Shown: piece by piece, positions 35,294 through 45,925 of the stretch
How the letters are laid out: every line of letters begins with the position of its first letter
Numbering within the stretch: position 1 is the first letter of the stretch
DNA from: Candidatus Doudnabacteria bacterium RIFCSPHIGHO2_01_FULL_46_14
GTDB taxonomy: Bacteria > Patescibacteriota > Doudnabacteria > UBA920 > 2-01-FULL-46-14
Assembly: GCA_001779925.1 (NCBI GenBank)
Contig: MFEK01000016.1
Location: 78,504 to 142,503, forward strand
Length of the DNA stretch: 64,000 nt
Direction: 5' to 3'
The notes under the pieces: generated by a model
The model's database searches: none
Seen by the model: only the letters and a program-made list of their open reading frames with translations
What the model was told of the DNA's origin: nothing
Made by a program: the position numbers and the translations under genes

Positions 35294-36439
35294 TCAAGGA
35301 ATCAGAAGATGGGATCTATGACGGTGCCAGAGATAAGCGGTTAATGCCAACGCGCCGAGAATCCAGGTGAGGAGCGGGCCGGGCAGGTAGAGATCCATGA
35401 TTTCCCAAAGGCTGATCCAGTTCAGGGTGATGTAGCCCTGGACCGTGGCCACATTGTCCAGTAAATTCTGATCTTGTTTTTCGACGGCTTCCAGATTAGA
35501 CTCTGCGCTGGCGATTTGAGAGTCAAACGAAACCAAGTTTGCTTCGTAATTTTTATTCTCATTGTAGACCCGACTTTCCAGAGTGATTTTTTGCGGTTGA
35601 AGCTGGGCGATCCTGGCGTCAATCTGGGCGCGGCGCTCTGGGTCGTCTGTGACCTCGGCGCGCAGAGCTGCCAGCTCTTTATTTGCCGCATTCAATTGGC
35701 TTTGCAGGGAAGACAAGGTTTTTTTGTGATCAATCATGAGCTTATCGCGGTCAGCACGAAGCTGTCCCAATGTTTTTTCAATCTGGGATTGCTCCTGCTC
35801 TATGGACTGTTTTTGCGGCAACAGATTTTGCGAGGAAACGTATTCCGTATAAAATTTCGCACGGATGATAGATTTAATTTCCGCTCTAAAAGCTTCGAGT
35901 TTGCTGGCCGGAATCGCAAAACTGACATAGCCATATTTTTCCGAAGCAGAATAGCCGTCAATGCGGCCGTCATAACCGCGGACCATGGTCTGAATGCGGC
36001 CCGCCAGCTCATCGATTTTTCTCGTGCGAACCTGGGCATTGTAATCTTTTTTCAAAAATTCCCGCGTGTCTGTAATCGATCCGCCAGGCGAAGGGCTCGG
36101 CCACGGCCGGATCAAACTGTTCCTTGAATCCTGCACGATCGAATTGGGCATGGCAAATGATCCCGAACCCTCCTCGCGCACTCCGGCCGTTGGAGCAGAA
36201 ACCATCATGGTTCGCGAACTGTAATTGACGCTTACCGCGTTCACAACAAGAATGATGGCTGCCAAACTAGTAAATGCAAAAGACAACCAAGGTAATCGGC
36301 GCAGGGAGTGATTCACAGTCGGAATGTTGCCAGCAGGAACCCTCGTAAGGATTTCAGCCTTCAGAATCTCGTTGCGAGCAGGGGAGCGGCGCTTGCCTCT
36401 GCCCCAGTCAGTTAAAATATTATGAATGTTTCGCGGCAT
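35294..36439 (-). CDS. DUF4349-like membrane coiled-coil protein (putative anti-sigma)
   Basis: TM, YDGRID/IPASKL domain, coiled coil, C-terminal TM; overlaps the sigma gene. Confidence 0.7.
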   Translation of the reverse strand: MPRNIHNILTDWGRGKRRSPARNEILKAEILTRVPAGNIPTVNHSLRRLPWLSFAFTSLAAIILVVNAVSVNYSSRTMMVSAPTAGVREEGSGSFAMPNSIVQDSRNSLIRPWPSPSPGGSITDTREFLKKDYNAQVRTRKIDELAGRIQTMVRGYDGRIDGYSASEKYGYVSFAIPASKLEAFRAEIKSIIRAKFYTEYVSSQNLLPQKQSIEQEQSQIEKTLGQLRADRDKLMIDHKKTLSSLQSQLNAANKELAALRAEVTDDPERRAQIDARIAQLQPQKITLESRVYNENKNYEANLVSFDSQIASAESNLEAVEKQDQNLLDNVATVQGYITLNWISLWEIMDLYLPGPLLTWILGALALTAYLWHRHRSHLLIP

Positions 36440-36905
36440 ATGATTTGGCTTGGACAAGAGCGCGGTGGAGTCTCACGCGCACTGTCACAAAATTAAGATT
36501 CAAAATTCGGGCGATGTCATTTATAGGCAGGTCAGCAATGTACCGCAGGCGGATGAGTTCCCTGTCGTCTTCGGAAAGATTGGAGAGTAGTTGGTCAACT
36601 AGGATCTGATTTTCTGAATTATTATCTGGGGCTGCCTTGTCGTGCTGTTCCAGGTCAAACGCTGCCTCGCGATTGCTTTTTCGCCAAGCTTGCCGGCACT
36701 CATTGCGGGCAATCGCAAACAACCAGGCTGGGAAACCCGCGCCTCGGCTTTTAAATTTCGGCATAGCCTCAATGGCTTTGAGCCAGGTGCTTTGCAGAAG
36801 ATCTTCAGCGAGCGACTTGTCGCGCGTGACGTTGACCAAGTAGCCGAAAAGTTTCGGGGTAGTTTCATCCCAGAGCTTTGAGAGAGCGTCTCTATCTAGG
36901 TTCAT
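36420..36905 (-). CDS. ECF RNA polymerase sigma factor
   Basis: AEDLLQSTWLKA, WLFAIARN, IARIL....TVRVRLHRAL. Confidence 0.92.
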   Translation of the reverse strand: MNLDRDALSKLWDETTPKLFGYLVNVTRDKSLAEDLLQSTWLKAIEAMPKFKSRGAGFPAWLFAIARNECRQAWRKSNREAAFDLEQHDKAAPDNNSENQILVDQLLSNLSEDDRELIRLRYIADLPINDIARILNLNFVTVRVRLHRALVQAKSYAAKHS

Positions 36906-37030
36906 GTTTTAAATTAAAAATGTGATCACATTAGTATAATGCGGCAGTATACCGAAATGTTACACACAAATCAAAACTCCGCGAATCCCGCGGAACTTAA
37001 GTGTCGAAGACTTCGAGCGAAGTCGAGAAA

Positions 37031-37114
37031 TGCCTGGGGAGGGACTCGAACCCTCAATCCCTCGCGGGCCCAGGATTTTAAGTCCTGTGCGTATACCAGT
37101 TCCGCCACCCAGGC
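37031..37114 (-). tRNA. tRNA-Leu(TAA)
   Basis: CAGGA-CT-TAA-AA-TCCTG, variable arm. Confidence 0.94.
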
Positions 37115-37124
37115 ATGGGTTTTA

Positions 37125-37548
37125 TCCCTCCCCTTAGGCTAAGGGGAGGCTAGGAGGAGTTGTTTCCATTCTGAGCTTATCCGTAACTCCTTCTATGTTT
37201 TCAATGACGTCGTTATTCCAAAATCTTAAGACTTTAATTCTTCTATTTTTCAGAAATTCGGATCTTTTCTCATCATAAACCATATTTGTAGTTTCGGCAT
37301 GTTGTCCGCCATCCAGCTCAATTGCCAATTTCATGATCGGGCAATAGAAATCAAGTATGTAAGAACCCACACTATACTGCCTGAAAAATTTCAACCCCTC
37401 AAACTGCTTGTTTCTCAAAAGTTTCCATAATCTTTTTTCTACTTCAGTTTGGTTTCTGCGCAGGCCACGGCGGTGGTTTATTGTTTCAGAATTGTTATAT
37501 AAATACAATTCTTAACTCCCCTAACCCCTCTTAGCTTAAGAGGGGAAT
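37125..37548. mobile_element. Putative DUF559 cassette bounded by inverted CCCCTC/GAGGGG arms
   Basis: Arms at 37125-37162 and 37513-37548 bracket the nuclease ORF. Confidence 0.55.
37134..37508 (-). CDS. DUF559 (Vsr-like PD-(D/E)xK) endonuclease
   Basis: LRRNQT..E..LW..LR, KFFRQ, YILDFYC, IELDGGQH, VLRFWN. Confidence 0.92.
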   Translation of the reverse strand: MYLYNNSETINHRRGLRRNQTEVEKRLWKLLRNKQFEGLKFFRQYSVGSYILDFYCPIMKLAIELDGGQHAETTNMVYDEKRSEFLKNRRIKVLRFWNNDVIENIEGVTDKLRMETTPPSLPLA

Positions 37549-37554
37549 AATACT

Positions 37555-37629
37555 TGGAGGCCAGGACGGGAATCGAACCCGTGCATCGCGGTTTTGCAGA
37601 CCGCAGCGTTACCACTTCGCCACCTGGCC
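37555..37629 (-). tRNA. tRNA-Cys(GCA)
   Basis: GCGGT-CT-GCA-AA-ACCGC, U73, CCA. Confidence 0.95.
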
Positions 37630-37641
37630 ATAGAGACATTA

Positions 37642-37727
37642 TAACCCCTCCTAGCGAGGAGGGGTAAGGGGAGGTCTGGGGTTCTGTTCCACGACCCCCT
37701 CTATCTCCCCCTCATGAGGGGGAGAAT
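37642..37727. repeat. Empty double-arm CCCCTC/GAGGGG element
   Basis: Same arm orientation as the DUF559 cassette, about 15-bp spacer. Confidence 0.8.
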
Positions 37728-37731
37728 CAAA

Positions 37732-38946
37732 CTATTTTGTTTCGCTTACTGTCTCTACTTGGGGCTCTTCTTGTTTAGTTTCTTCAGCTTTGGACTCTTC
37801 TTTCTTTTCTTCCCCGGCGCTTTCGGTCGGGGCTCCGACTCCGCCATCGGCGTACGTCAGAGCTTTCGTCTCCGCCTTCGGTGGTTTAAGCGATAAGCCG
37901 AGCCTGTGATCTGCAGGTTCAATGGAAATGATGCGAAACTCTTTTTCCTCGCCTTCTTTTAGAACCGCGGAAGCGTCAGCGATTTTTTCAGCAGAGAGTT
38001 CGCCTAGGTGCGCAAGACCGTGAATTTCCGGATCAAGCTCCACGAAAGCACCGAACGGCGCGAGCTTCAACACCTTGCCTGTCACCATCTGACCGATCTT
38101 GTATTTCTTAACTGCGTCTTCCCACGGGTCTTTTTGCAGTCTCTTCAAAGATAAGCTAATCCGGTCATTATCAATGGCAATGACTTGAGCCTTGACCTTG
38201 TCACCAACCTTTACGATGTCCTTGGGATTTTCAATCCTCTGCCAGGCCAGTTCCGAGATGTGCACCAGCCCCTCAAGTCCCTCGCCGAATTTCATAAAAG
38301 CCCCAAAATCCACCACACCGGTAATCTCGCCGTCTACAATATCGCCGATCGCGAGCTTGCTGATTTTCTGCAGGATCTCGCCTTCGATAACCGCGCGCTC
38401 GGAGACAATGAGTTTTTCGCCATTCTGCTCAGCTGTAATAATACGCACATCAAAATCCTGATTAACAAAGCCGCGCAGGACTGACAAAATCTTATTCTTG
38501 TCGCCATCCTCCACGCGCGGATAGTGGGCTGGCGCAAGCTGGGATACAGGCAGGAAACCAACCACACTGTTGATGCGCACCATGAGTCCGCCTTTGTTGG
38601 CTTCCAAAATCTTGGTTTTGATAATCTCCCGGCTTTCCATTTTTTCGCGGAGAGTCTGCCACACGCGCTCCAGTCCTGCCTTGCGGAACGACAGCTCAAT
38701 GTTGCCTTCTTTGTTCTCCATCTCCACGACAGAGGCAAACACTTCGTCGTCTACCTTGAGTGAGGACAAAATGGTTTCATCATCATAAAGCTCGCGGCCG
38801 CGGACCACGCCAATGCCAATGCCATCCACGTCCACGTAGACTTCATTTTTACCCACGCTCATAATGCGGCCCTTGATAACATCGCCATCCGTGAGAACTT
38901 TGATTTTTGATTGGAGGAGAAGCTCCTCCATGGTTAGTTCAGCCAT
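37732..38946 (-). CDS. rpsA: 30S ribosomal protein S1 (four S1 domains)
   Basis: ANKGGL, GFLPVSQL, FGAF, EGLVHISEL, SLSLKRL..DPW. Confidence 0.93.
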   Translation of the reverse strand: MAELTMEELLLQSKIKVLTDGDVIKGRIMSVGKNEVYVDVDGIGIGVVRGRELYDDETILSSLKVDDEVFASVVEMENKEGNIELSFRKAGLERVWQTLREKMESREIIKTKILEANKGGLMVRINSVVGFLPVSQLAPAHYPRVEDGDKNKILSVLRGFVNQDFDVRIITAEQNGEKLIVSERAVIEGEILQKISKLAIGDIVDGEITGVVDFGAFMKFGEGLEGLVHISELAWQRIENPKDIVKVGDKVKAQVIAIDNDRISLSLKRLQKDPWEDAVKKYKIGQMVTGKVLKLAPFGAFVELDPEIHGLAHLGELSAEKIADASAVLKEGEEKEFRIISIEPADHRLGLSLKPPKAETKALTYADGGVGAPTESAGEEKKEESKAEETKQEEPQVETVSETK

Positions 38947-39190
38947 AAAAAAATAGGTACTCTCTAATACCTAATTATTAACCCTGTCGGGATTTTCGCA
39001 AGTGATTAATAATTAGTAGTTTACCCCCACACCACAACATTGTTTGGTGTCGGGGGTTAATTAATGGTTAAAGTGTCTTGCAATAGACTTATTCAATTGT
39101 TTTCGTATATTAACAAATACCCGATGAAAAGACAAGTGGGCGCAGGATTATTGATAAATCCATCGCCCACCCCATAATTTCTTCCCGCAA

Positions 39191-39550
39191 TCATGAAGAG
39201 ATAAACTCTTGTATCATCTTTCCCAGGGACACATGAATCGGCGGAGTTTTGGTGATGACATTTGGCGCCCAACTCATAGTTTGGCAAACCGTCGACATGA
39301 AAATCACCTTGATTACCAATTTCATTTCATCTGTGGGTGGAGGATCATCGACATGAGTTTGCAAAAAAACTTCCTCACCGGACCATAGCGTGATTCCGCA
39401 GTGTTTAGAATGGAATTCTTCTAACAAAAAACGTAACTCTTTCACGGCGCTGCTCGTCTCGTCCTTAATCTGAAAAACTCCTGTCCAACCATCATCCGGA
39501 ATCGGTTTAGTGTCGAACAGCGTTGTCACAAGATCAAGAGCTTTTGGCAT
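39191..39550 (-). CDS. Hypothetical protein (ORFan cassette)
   Basis: SD AAAGGAGG; hairpin at about 39136-39170. Confidence 0.6.
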   Translation of the reverse strand: MPKALDLVTTLFDTKPIPDDGWTGVFQIKDETSSAVKELRFLLEEFHSKHCGITLWSGEEVFLQTHVDDPPPTDEMKLVIKVIFMSTVCQTMSWAPNVITKTPPIHVSLGKMIQEFISS

Positions 39551-39679
39551 AGGCCCTCCTTTCATAAATCCGTATTTTTATAACTATATATTAAAACCTT
39601 ATCGACAACAATAATACCTATAAAAATCTAGATCTGATATTAGCGTACTAGTATGCTAATACCGTATAAGATAAAAAAC

Positions 39680-40420
39680 TTAAGTCGCCTGCAGGGCGCC
39701 GAGCCAGGCCAGCTCAAAAATCGCTCTTTGCGTCTCAGCAATCTTTTGGCTTTCGATAATCACGCCGATTTTTTCCGGAAAAGAGAAGATTGCGACTTTG
39801 TCATTGTAAATATTGATCTCATTTTGAAAAACGAATTTAGCGGCAGAGACTAAAAGCAGATGCCGCATTTCTTGTTTGTCGCGGCGTGCATATTCTTGGC
39901 TGTCGTGAGTAGCAGGCACAATGCCGCGCATAAAAATCTTGCGCTTCACCCGCTCTCGCACATAGTCCTTTATGAATTCCTGTGAGACTGCTTCCCACAT
40001 CTCCGTGATCGCGCCGTAAGCCAGCACCACGCCTTTGCTTTCGAGCGTATCCCAGTACATAGCTTTCAACCCCTCAACGCCTTCGTAAAATCTGACGCGT
40101 GGTTTTTTGCCGCCAGTTTGAAATAGGAGCTTAAGTTCTGGTAAAGCTTCGAGAAACGCATGCTGCCGCGCTTTCAAAAGCGCCAAAACATTCTCTGGAT
40201 CCTCCGCCAGAAAATAACGCTTCTTTTTTTTAGTGACCATAGAAAACACACCCTTCTTTTCGAGGGAAGCGACAATGTCATAAACTGTCGGCCGCTTGAG
40301 ATCCGCCTGCTCTGCCAGCCTTTGAATGGAAGCCTCACCAAGCTCAATACCTGCCAGATAAACCTGGGCTTCTTTTTCCGAAAGCCCAGAGCTAGTTAAT
40401 AGAGAATGTAAATTGGACAT
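39680..40420 (-). CDS. TrmB-family transcriptional regulator
   Basis: GLSEKEAQVYLA.IELG, KRPTVY, PRVRFYEGVEG, EINIYNDKVAI. Confidence 0.92.
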   Translation of the reverse strand: MSNLHSLLTSSGLSEKEAQVYLAGIELGEASIQRLAEQADLKRPTVYDIVASLEKKGVFSMVTKKKKRYFLAEDPENVLALLKARQHAFLEALPELKLLFQTGGKKPRVRFYEGVEGLKAMYWDTLESKGVVLAYGAITEMWEAVSQEFIKDYVRERVKRKIFMRGIVPATHDSQEYARRDKQEMRHLLLVSAAKFVFQNEINIYNDKVAIFSFPEKIGVIIESQKIAETQRAIFELAWLGALQAT

Positions 40421-40424
40421 ATTC

Positions 40425-40441
40425 TGTCGGTAATTCTGACA
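40425..40441. promoter_or_regulatory. Putative TrmB operator TGTCG-N7-TGACA
   Basis: 4 nt upstream of the TrmB start. Confidence 0.55.
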
Positions 40442-40577
40442 ACAAATATATTATAAATAAACCAATAGAATAAAGCAAATTTAATAAATAATTATAATCT
40501 AAGCCGCTAGAATTGACATTTGTGCCAAATTTGCATACTATGGCAAGTCCACAAATGGACAGAAAAGGGAGGAAGAA

Positions 40578-40844
40578 ATGGATAAACTCTTTGCGTTCTA
40601 TATAGTGCTTTTGACCGTGAACCTGCTTGTTGCTGTCATGTTTACTCAGAGCGTCAATACTTACGAGCTGCGCTTGCTAATGACAGGCATGATGTCTGTT
40701 GTCATGCTACTCCTGGGCAGACGTATTCTGCATCTTGACCTGAACAGCGACCCTCACAGGGTATTCATAGTGGTCGCGAGTGTCGCTTCAGTCGGTTTCC
40801 CAATTCTACTGAGCTACAAAATTTCTGCAAAAAAAGGGAAGTGA
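40578..40844 (+). CDS. Small 3-TM hypothetical protein
   Basis: Promoter TTGACA-17-TACTAT at 40513; SD GGAGG. Confidence 0.65.
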   Translation: MDKLFAFYIVLLTVNLLVAVMFTQSVNTYELRLLMTGMMSVVMLLLGRRILHLDLNSDPHRVFIVVASVASVGFPILLSYKISAKKGK

Positions 40845-40851
40845 GGAGCCA

Positions 40852-41142
40852 ATGAAACAAATATGGAGCCCGATGGGGCATTTGCAAACAGATGTGGATT
40901 CAATCACAAAGCAACTCAAACAGATTTTCGGCGCGCAGGCGAAAATAAAGAAAATCGAGGTTGGTGATACGCCGCATCACCTGTATATCACAGTGAGCCG
41001 CCGAAAAACGCCAGTCATCGTGATCTTGCCTCGACCAATCAGACAAAGCACCGAAAAACCGGATCATGGGACTTGGTCTTATGATTATGGTGATCATGAT
41101 GAGGTTGTGGTAGTTCTTAAAAGATCACACGACTTGAGATAG
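40852..41142 (+). CDS. Hypothetical protein
   Basis: SD GAGGAG; operon position. Confidence 0.6.
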   Translation: MKQIWSPMGHLQTDVDSITKQLKQIFGAQAKIKKIEVGDTPHHLYITVSRRKTPVIVILPRPIRQSTEKPDHGTWSYDYGDHDEVVVVLKRSHDLR

Positions 41143-41169
41143 AGGACTGGGAGCCAGAAAAGGAGAAAT

Positions 41170-41679
41170 ATGAGAATCGTGTTTTTGACTTACAATGAAC
41201 TTGGCGGGAACCAGACAGTGACAGACAGGTACGAGCATAGATTCGAATGTTCGTGGATTCCGAATGGATGGACGCGAGTAGGAAAGGCTGGCCAGGCGCT
41301 CGTTTTGCAATATAAACGCAGTCCGACGGACAGCAAAGAAACCACCGCAATGTGGCAAGAGCTCGTGACAAAAATAATTACCGAAGATGATTACGTTGAT
41401 CATGTAATCGCCTACGTGTGTAGGGACGAAAGATCAAGGGATACCCTCGCTCTTGTCAGACACCTTGAGCCATCGCGCGTCACCTTGGTCTACTGCCCCT
41501 GCAACAGAGAGTATTTCGCAGAGCAAGTGGATTTGGCTGAAGCGAGGCACATCATCAGCGAATGCGGCGGCTGTGTGACCATGCTTAGCCTCTTTGCCAA
41601 TTACTTGGTGGCAGGCGAGGTAGTCAATGTCCGCAAACAGGAACCGGAGGCAACTTTGCCAGCAGAGCAACCGCACTAG
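41170..41679 (+). CDS. Hypothetical protein with Cys motifs
   Basis: SD AAGGAG; CPCN and ECGGC. Confidence 0.6.
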   Translation: MRIVFLTYNELGGNQTVTDRYEHRFECSWIPNGWTRVGKAGQALVLQYKRSPTDSKETTAMWQELVTKIITEDDYVDHVIAYVCRDERSRDTLALVRHLEPSRVTLVYCPCNREYFAEQVDLAEARHIISECGGCVTMLSLFANYLVAGEVVNVRKQEPEATLPAEQPH

Positions 41680-41767
41680 TCATGGTCTGCTTTGGACAGG
41701 ACACGAAACAAGGAAAGGAGGTGAGGGAAAACCGGAGCAAGAACTCATGTTCTTGCTCCTTTTATTT

Positions 41768-42040
41768 TTATTTTTGCCGCTCTTTCTCAACGCCCCTGGC
41801 AATATATTGTTTCATGAGGGCTTGATATGGGATATCGAGTTTATTAGCTTCGACTTTGACCTCGTTGATGATGTATTCCGGAAGTCTAATAGAGATCGAG
41901 CGTGAGGTGGGTTTTAGATTTGGAAAGATGACCCCCTGGGCCTTTGACCAGTCTAAATATTCAGTAGAATCATGGGTGTTCCAAAACTCGGCTTCTTCAT
42001 CCTCAGATTTGAATTTGGGAATCTTTTTAAGTTTTTTCAT
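41768..42040 (-). CDS. BrnA/CopG-type antitoxin
   Basis: IPKFKSEDEEAEFW.THD, SISIRL, IPYQALMK. Confidence 0.88.
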   Translation of the reverse strand: MKKLKKIPKFKSEDEEAEFWNTHDSTEYLDWSKAQGVIFPNLKPTSRSISIRLPEYIINEVKVEANKLDIPYQALMKQYIARGVEKERQK

Positions 42041-42323
42041 AATTACTCCTTTCCTTTTTACCGGCGCTGCGCGCCGAAATTATTCTAATTTTATTCTTCC
42101 TAATAGTGAAAACTATAAAAAGTATTCGTCCGCTATTGGAGGACCCTAATAACTGATATCTCCTCTCGGCAATGCTGTGCTTAACATCAAAAAATACTGA
42201 ATGATCATTGATAAATAGCTGCTCTGCTTCTTCCGAAGAGATATTATGGCGTAATCTGAGCTTGGCACGGTTGTGCTCATCCCACTCAAACTCTATTGGC
42301 TCAGAAAATTCTATATTTGCCAT
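42027..42323 (-). CDS. BrnT family toxin
   Basis: FEWD, H.IS.EE, ERRY..LG, IRIISAR. Confidence 0.9.
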   Translation of the reverse strand: MANIEFSEPIEFEWDEHNRAKLRLRHNISSEEAEQLFINDHSVFFDVKHSIAERRYQLLGSSNSGRILFIVFTIRKNKIRIISARSAGKKERSNYEKT

Positions 42324-42403
42324 ATTTCATATTGTATATGAGAAATGATACATCGTCAAGTCTTTCTCTTTATTTTTTGCCCTTTTCAGGGTATAATTAC
42401 CTC

Positions 42404-43027
42404 ATGGTAATATCCTGGTTTGGACTGTCGAGTTTCAAGATTTCCTCAGGCCCGCTAACGCTCATCACTGACCCTTTTTCCAAAAGCGCCGGGCCAACGC
42501 CCCCGCGGGGGCAGACTGACATAGTCATTATTTCTAACCCTTCTTCTGATCTCTACAATAACCGCGAGGCAGTAGGGGATGAGAAGACTTTTGTGGTGGA
42601 CAGCCCCGGCGAATACGACATAAAGGGACTGTTTATCAGGGGTGTAGCGGCAGCCGGGGCTGCGATTTATGCCATACGCATGGAAGACATGCGCTTGGGG
42701 TTTTTAGGTTCGCTTAAACAAAAAGAGCTTTCTGACCAGCAGCTTGAAGACCTTGGTGATATTGATGTTTTGTTTGTACCGGTTGGCGGGAAAATCGTCT
42801 GCGATGCTGAGGAGGCCGTAACCATCGTCAATCAGATTGAACCGCGATTTGTGGTGCCCATGCACTATGCTCAGCCCGGCCTAAAAATCAGCCTCGATAA
42901 GGTTGACCAGTTTCTCAAAGAAATCGGAGGCGCTAAAGCCGCACCCCAGGAAAAACTAACTATCAAGAAATCCAACATCCTGGAAGGAGAAAATACCGAA
43001 GTCGTAATCTTGGAGCCTCTGAGGTAG
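42404..43027 (+). CDS. Metallo-beta-lactamase-fold protein (degenerate metal site)
   Basis: ISWFG.SSF, TDPF, PGEY, DVLFVPVGG, VVPMHY. Confidence 0.85.
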   Translation: MVISWFGLSSFKISSGPLTLITDPFSKSAGPTPPRGQTDIVIISNPSSDLYNNREAVGDEKTFVVDSPGEYDIKGLFIRGVAAAGAAIYAIRMEDMRLGFLGSLKQKELSDQQLEDLGDIDVLFVPVGGKIVCDAEEAVTIVNQIEPRFVVPMHYAQPGLKISLDKVDQFLKEIGGAKAAPQEKLTIKKSNILEGENTEVVILEPLR

Positions 43028-43060
43028 TTTTACGAATAACGAATTAGTACGAATATACGA

Positions 43061-43276
43061 ATGGAGTTATTAAAGAGATTACAAGCTAGGCCCGAGAAAG
43101 AAAAAATCCGCATCCTGCGAATCTCTGTAGCTGTCACTGTCATTCTTATCCTCGTCATCTGGGTGCTGACGCTGAAATATAGAACCATTGAGCAAGGGGA
43201 TACCACGAAATTTCAAAAAATTTGGAATAATGTTAGAGAACTCAAGTCAAAATTTAAAAATCAAAATGGAAAATGA
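43061..43276 (+). CDS. Small membrane protein
   Basis: L..LQ.RPE..K followed by a TM helix. Confidence 0.6.
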   Translation: MELLKRLQARPEKEKIRILRISVAVTVILILVIWVLTLKYRTIEQGDTTKFQKIWNNVRELKSKFKNQNGK

Positions 43277-43343
43277 CAATTCAAAATTTTAAAATTTTAC
43301 ACTGTCATTTTGATTTTTGAACTTTACATTTTTCATTTAACCT

Positions 43344-45836
43344 ATGGCTAAGCACTCAAACAACAAAATTCCCGATAAACCTGAGAAATCCTCCAACGAG
43401 ATTGGTTATCTCAAGCCGCGCAACATTGAGGACGAGATGCAGGAGTCATATCTTGACTATGCGATGTCAGTCATTGTATCGCGCGCTCTGCCGGACGTGA
43501 GAGACGGCCTCAAACCCGTGCATCGCAGAGTTCTATACGCCATGAATGAGATCGGACTGCAGCCCAGCGCGCGCTACCGCAAATCAGCGGCAGTGGTTGG
43601 TGAGGTGCTGGCCAAATACCACCCACACGGGGATGTGGCTGTCTACGATTCGCTCGTACGCATGGCTCAGGATTTTTCCATGCGCTATCCGCTCGTGGAC
43701 GGCCAAGGCAACTTTGGTTCTCTAGACGGAGATGCGCCGGCTGCCATGCGTTATTCTGAATGCCGCCTGGAAAGCATGTCCCTGGAACTGCTCGGCGATC
43801 TTGATAAAAATACTGTTAATTTCATGGACAATTATGATGCCACCAAAAAAGAACCGGTTGTTCTGCCCGCGAAACTCCCAAACCTTCTTTTAAACGGCAC
43901 GCTCGGCATTGCCGTGGGTATGGCGACCGACATTCCGCCGCACAACCTTGGCGAGGTTGTGGATGCGACGACAGCGCTCATTGACAACCCGAAACTTACA
44001 AGCGAAGACTTGGTGCAATTTATCCAAGGACCGGATTTCCCTACGGGTGGCATCATCTATGACTGGAGTGCAATCAAATCTGCGTATGCTACAGGTAAAG
44101 GCTCGGTTGTGGTGCGCGCGAAAACAGAAATCATTGAGGTGAAAGACGGCAGCTATCACATCATTGTCACGGAGATTCCGTACCGCGTAAACAAAGCCAC
44201 GCTTCTGGAAAAATTTGCCGAGCTAGTCAATGAGAAAAAAATCGAGGGCATCCGCGACCTGCGCGATGAGTCTGATAAAGACGGGGTACGCATAGTCATT
44301 GAGCTGAAGCGCGACGCAATCCCCAACAAAGTGCTTAACCAGCTTTTCAAAAATTCTCAGCTGCAGGACACGTTCCACATGAATATGCTGGCGCTCGTGG
44401 ACGGCATTGACCCGCGCGTTCTGAATCTGAAAATGATCCTGGAATATTTTGTGGCGCATCGCCGCGAGGTGGTCACGCGGCGCACGCGTTTTGAGCTGGA
44501 AAAAGCAAAAGACCGCGCCCACATTTTGGAAGGCCTCAAAATCGCGCTCGACCATATTGACCAGGTAATCAAGACTATAAAGCAGTCGGAGACAAAAGAA
44601 GAAGCGCACAGCGCTTTGATGAAGAAATTCAAACTTTCGGACAAGCAGTCAGCAGCGATCCTGGAAATGCGGCTCTCTGCTTTGGCGGGACTAGAGCGCA
44701 AAAAGATTGACGAAGAACTCAAAGAAAAGCGCAAGCTTATTGCCGAACTCGAAGATCTTTTGAAAAGTCCGAAAAAAATCGACGGAGTCATAAAAAAAGA
44801 AGTGCTTGACCTCAAATCCAAATTTGGCGACGCACGGCGCACCAAGCTTGTAAAAACCCCGATTGGCGAGTTCAAGATCGAGGACCTGATTGCCAACGAA
44901 GAGGTCCTGATCGTGGTCACCAAATCGGGCTATGTGAAACGCCTGCCTCCTGACACTTATCGCAAACAGGGGCGCGGCGGCAAGGGCGTGATCGGCATTA
45001 CCACCAAAGACGAAGATTTTGTCGTGAAAATGCTTTCCGCAGAAACCCATGATGATATTCTGTTTTTCACAAACAAAGGACGACTCTTTCAGACCAAGGT
45101 TTATGAACTGCCGGAAACATCCCGCACCTCCAAAGGCCAGGCTCTGGTAAATTTCCTAAACCTCGGACCGGGCGAATTTGCGACCGCCGTCCTGACCTAT
45201 GGCAAAACAGAATCAAGCAAATACAAATTTATGTTTATGGGTACTAAAACAGGCGTAGTTAAAAAAACCGCGATCGAAGAGTTTGTAAAGGTCCGCAAAT
45301 CAGGACTTATTGCCATGAAGATGCGGCCAGAAGATGAACTCAAATGGGTGCACCTCACGAGCGGCAATGACGAAATCATGATGACCACCGCCCAGGGACA
45401 AGCCATCCGGTTTAAAGAAAGCCAAGTACGCTCCATGGGCCGCAATGCCTCAGGAGTGCGCGGCATCCGCCTCAGAAAAGGTGACGAGGTTATGAGCGTA
45501 GACATCATTGAAAAATCCGCTGATCCGAAAAATCTCCAAGTCCTCGTGGTGTCCGAGTTCGGCATGGGCAAAAAAACCAATATTTCTGAGTACAAAGTCC
45601 AAGGCCGCGGCGGCTCTGGAATCAAAACCATGAACATCACCAAAAAAACCGGAAACATTTGCGTGATGCACATCGTGGACCGCGCCGAAGAGGCAGACCT
45701 CGTGGTCATCTCCCGCGCTGGCCAGACTCTGCGCACCGCACTCGGCACTGTTTCGACATTAGGACGCTCCACCCAAGGCGTGCGCGTCATCCGCCTCGCC
45801 GAAAAAGACACCCTTGCCTCGGCAACGATTGTTTAA
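43344..45836 (+). CDS. gyrA: DNA gyrase subunit A
   Basis: [35 protein letters not shown], GyrA-box QGRGGKG. Confidence 0.98.
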   Translation: MAKHSNNKIPDKPEKSSNEIGYLKPRNIEDEMQESYLDYAMSVIVSRALPDVRDGLKPVHRRVLYAMNEIGLQPSARYRKSAAVVGEVLAKYHPHGDVAVYDSLVRMAQDFSMRYPLVDGQGNFGSLDGDAPAAMRYSECRLESMSLELLGDLDKNTVNFMDNYDATKKEPVVLPAKLPNLLLNGTLGIAVGMATDIPPHNLGEVVDATTALIDNPKLTSEDLVQFIQGPDFPTGGIIYDWSAIKSAYATGKGSVVVRAKTEIIEVKDGSYHIIVTEIPYRVNKATLLEKFAELVNEKKIEGIRDLRDESDKDGVRIVIELKRDAIPNKVLNQLFKNSQLQDTFHMNMLALVDGIDPRVLNLKMILEYFVAHRREVVTRRTRFELEKAKDRAHILEGLKIALDHIDQVIKTIKQSETKEEAHSALMKKFKLSDKQSAAILEMRLSALAGLERKKIDEELKEKRKLIAELEDLLKSPKKIDGVIKKEVLDLKSKFGDARRTKLVKTPIGEFKIEDLIANEEVLIVVTKSGYVKRLPPDTYRKQGRGGKGVIGITTKDEDFVVKMLSAETHDDILFFTNKGRLFQTKVYELPETSRTSKGQALVNFLNLGPGEFATAVLTYGKTESSKYKFMFMGTKTGVVKKTAIEEFVKVRKSGLIAMKMRPEDELKWVHLTSGNDEIMMTTAQGQAIRFKESQVRSMGRNASGVRGIRLRKGDEVMSVDIIEKSADPKNLQVLVVSEFGMGKKTNISEYKVQGRGGSGIKTMNITKKTGNICVMHIVDRAEEADLVVISRAGQTLRTALGTVSTLGRSTQGVRVIRLAEKDTLASATIV

Positions 45837-45845
45837 TCTACCTTC

Positions 45846-45879
45846 CGTCATTGCGAGGCGTACTCGCCGCGGCAATCTC
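45846..45879. repeat. CGTCATTGCGAG...GCAATCT REP-like unit
   Basis: cgtcattgcgaggcgtactcgccgcggcaatctc. Confidence 0.75.
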
Positions 45880-45925
45880 GTAAAAAAAGACGGTGGAATC
45901 GCATCAATGCTATCCACCGCTTTTT

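Noticed and set aside
43344-45836. parC rather than gyrA
   Set aside because: The GyrA-box QGRGGKG is present
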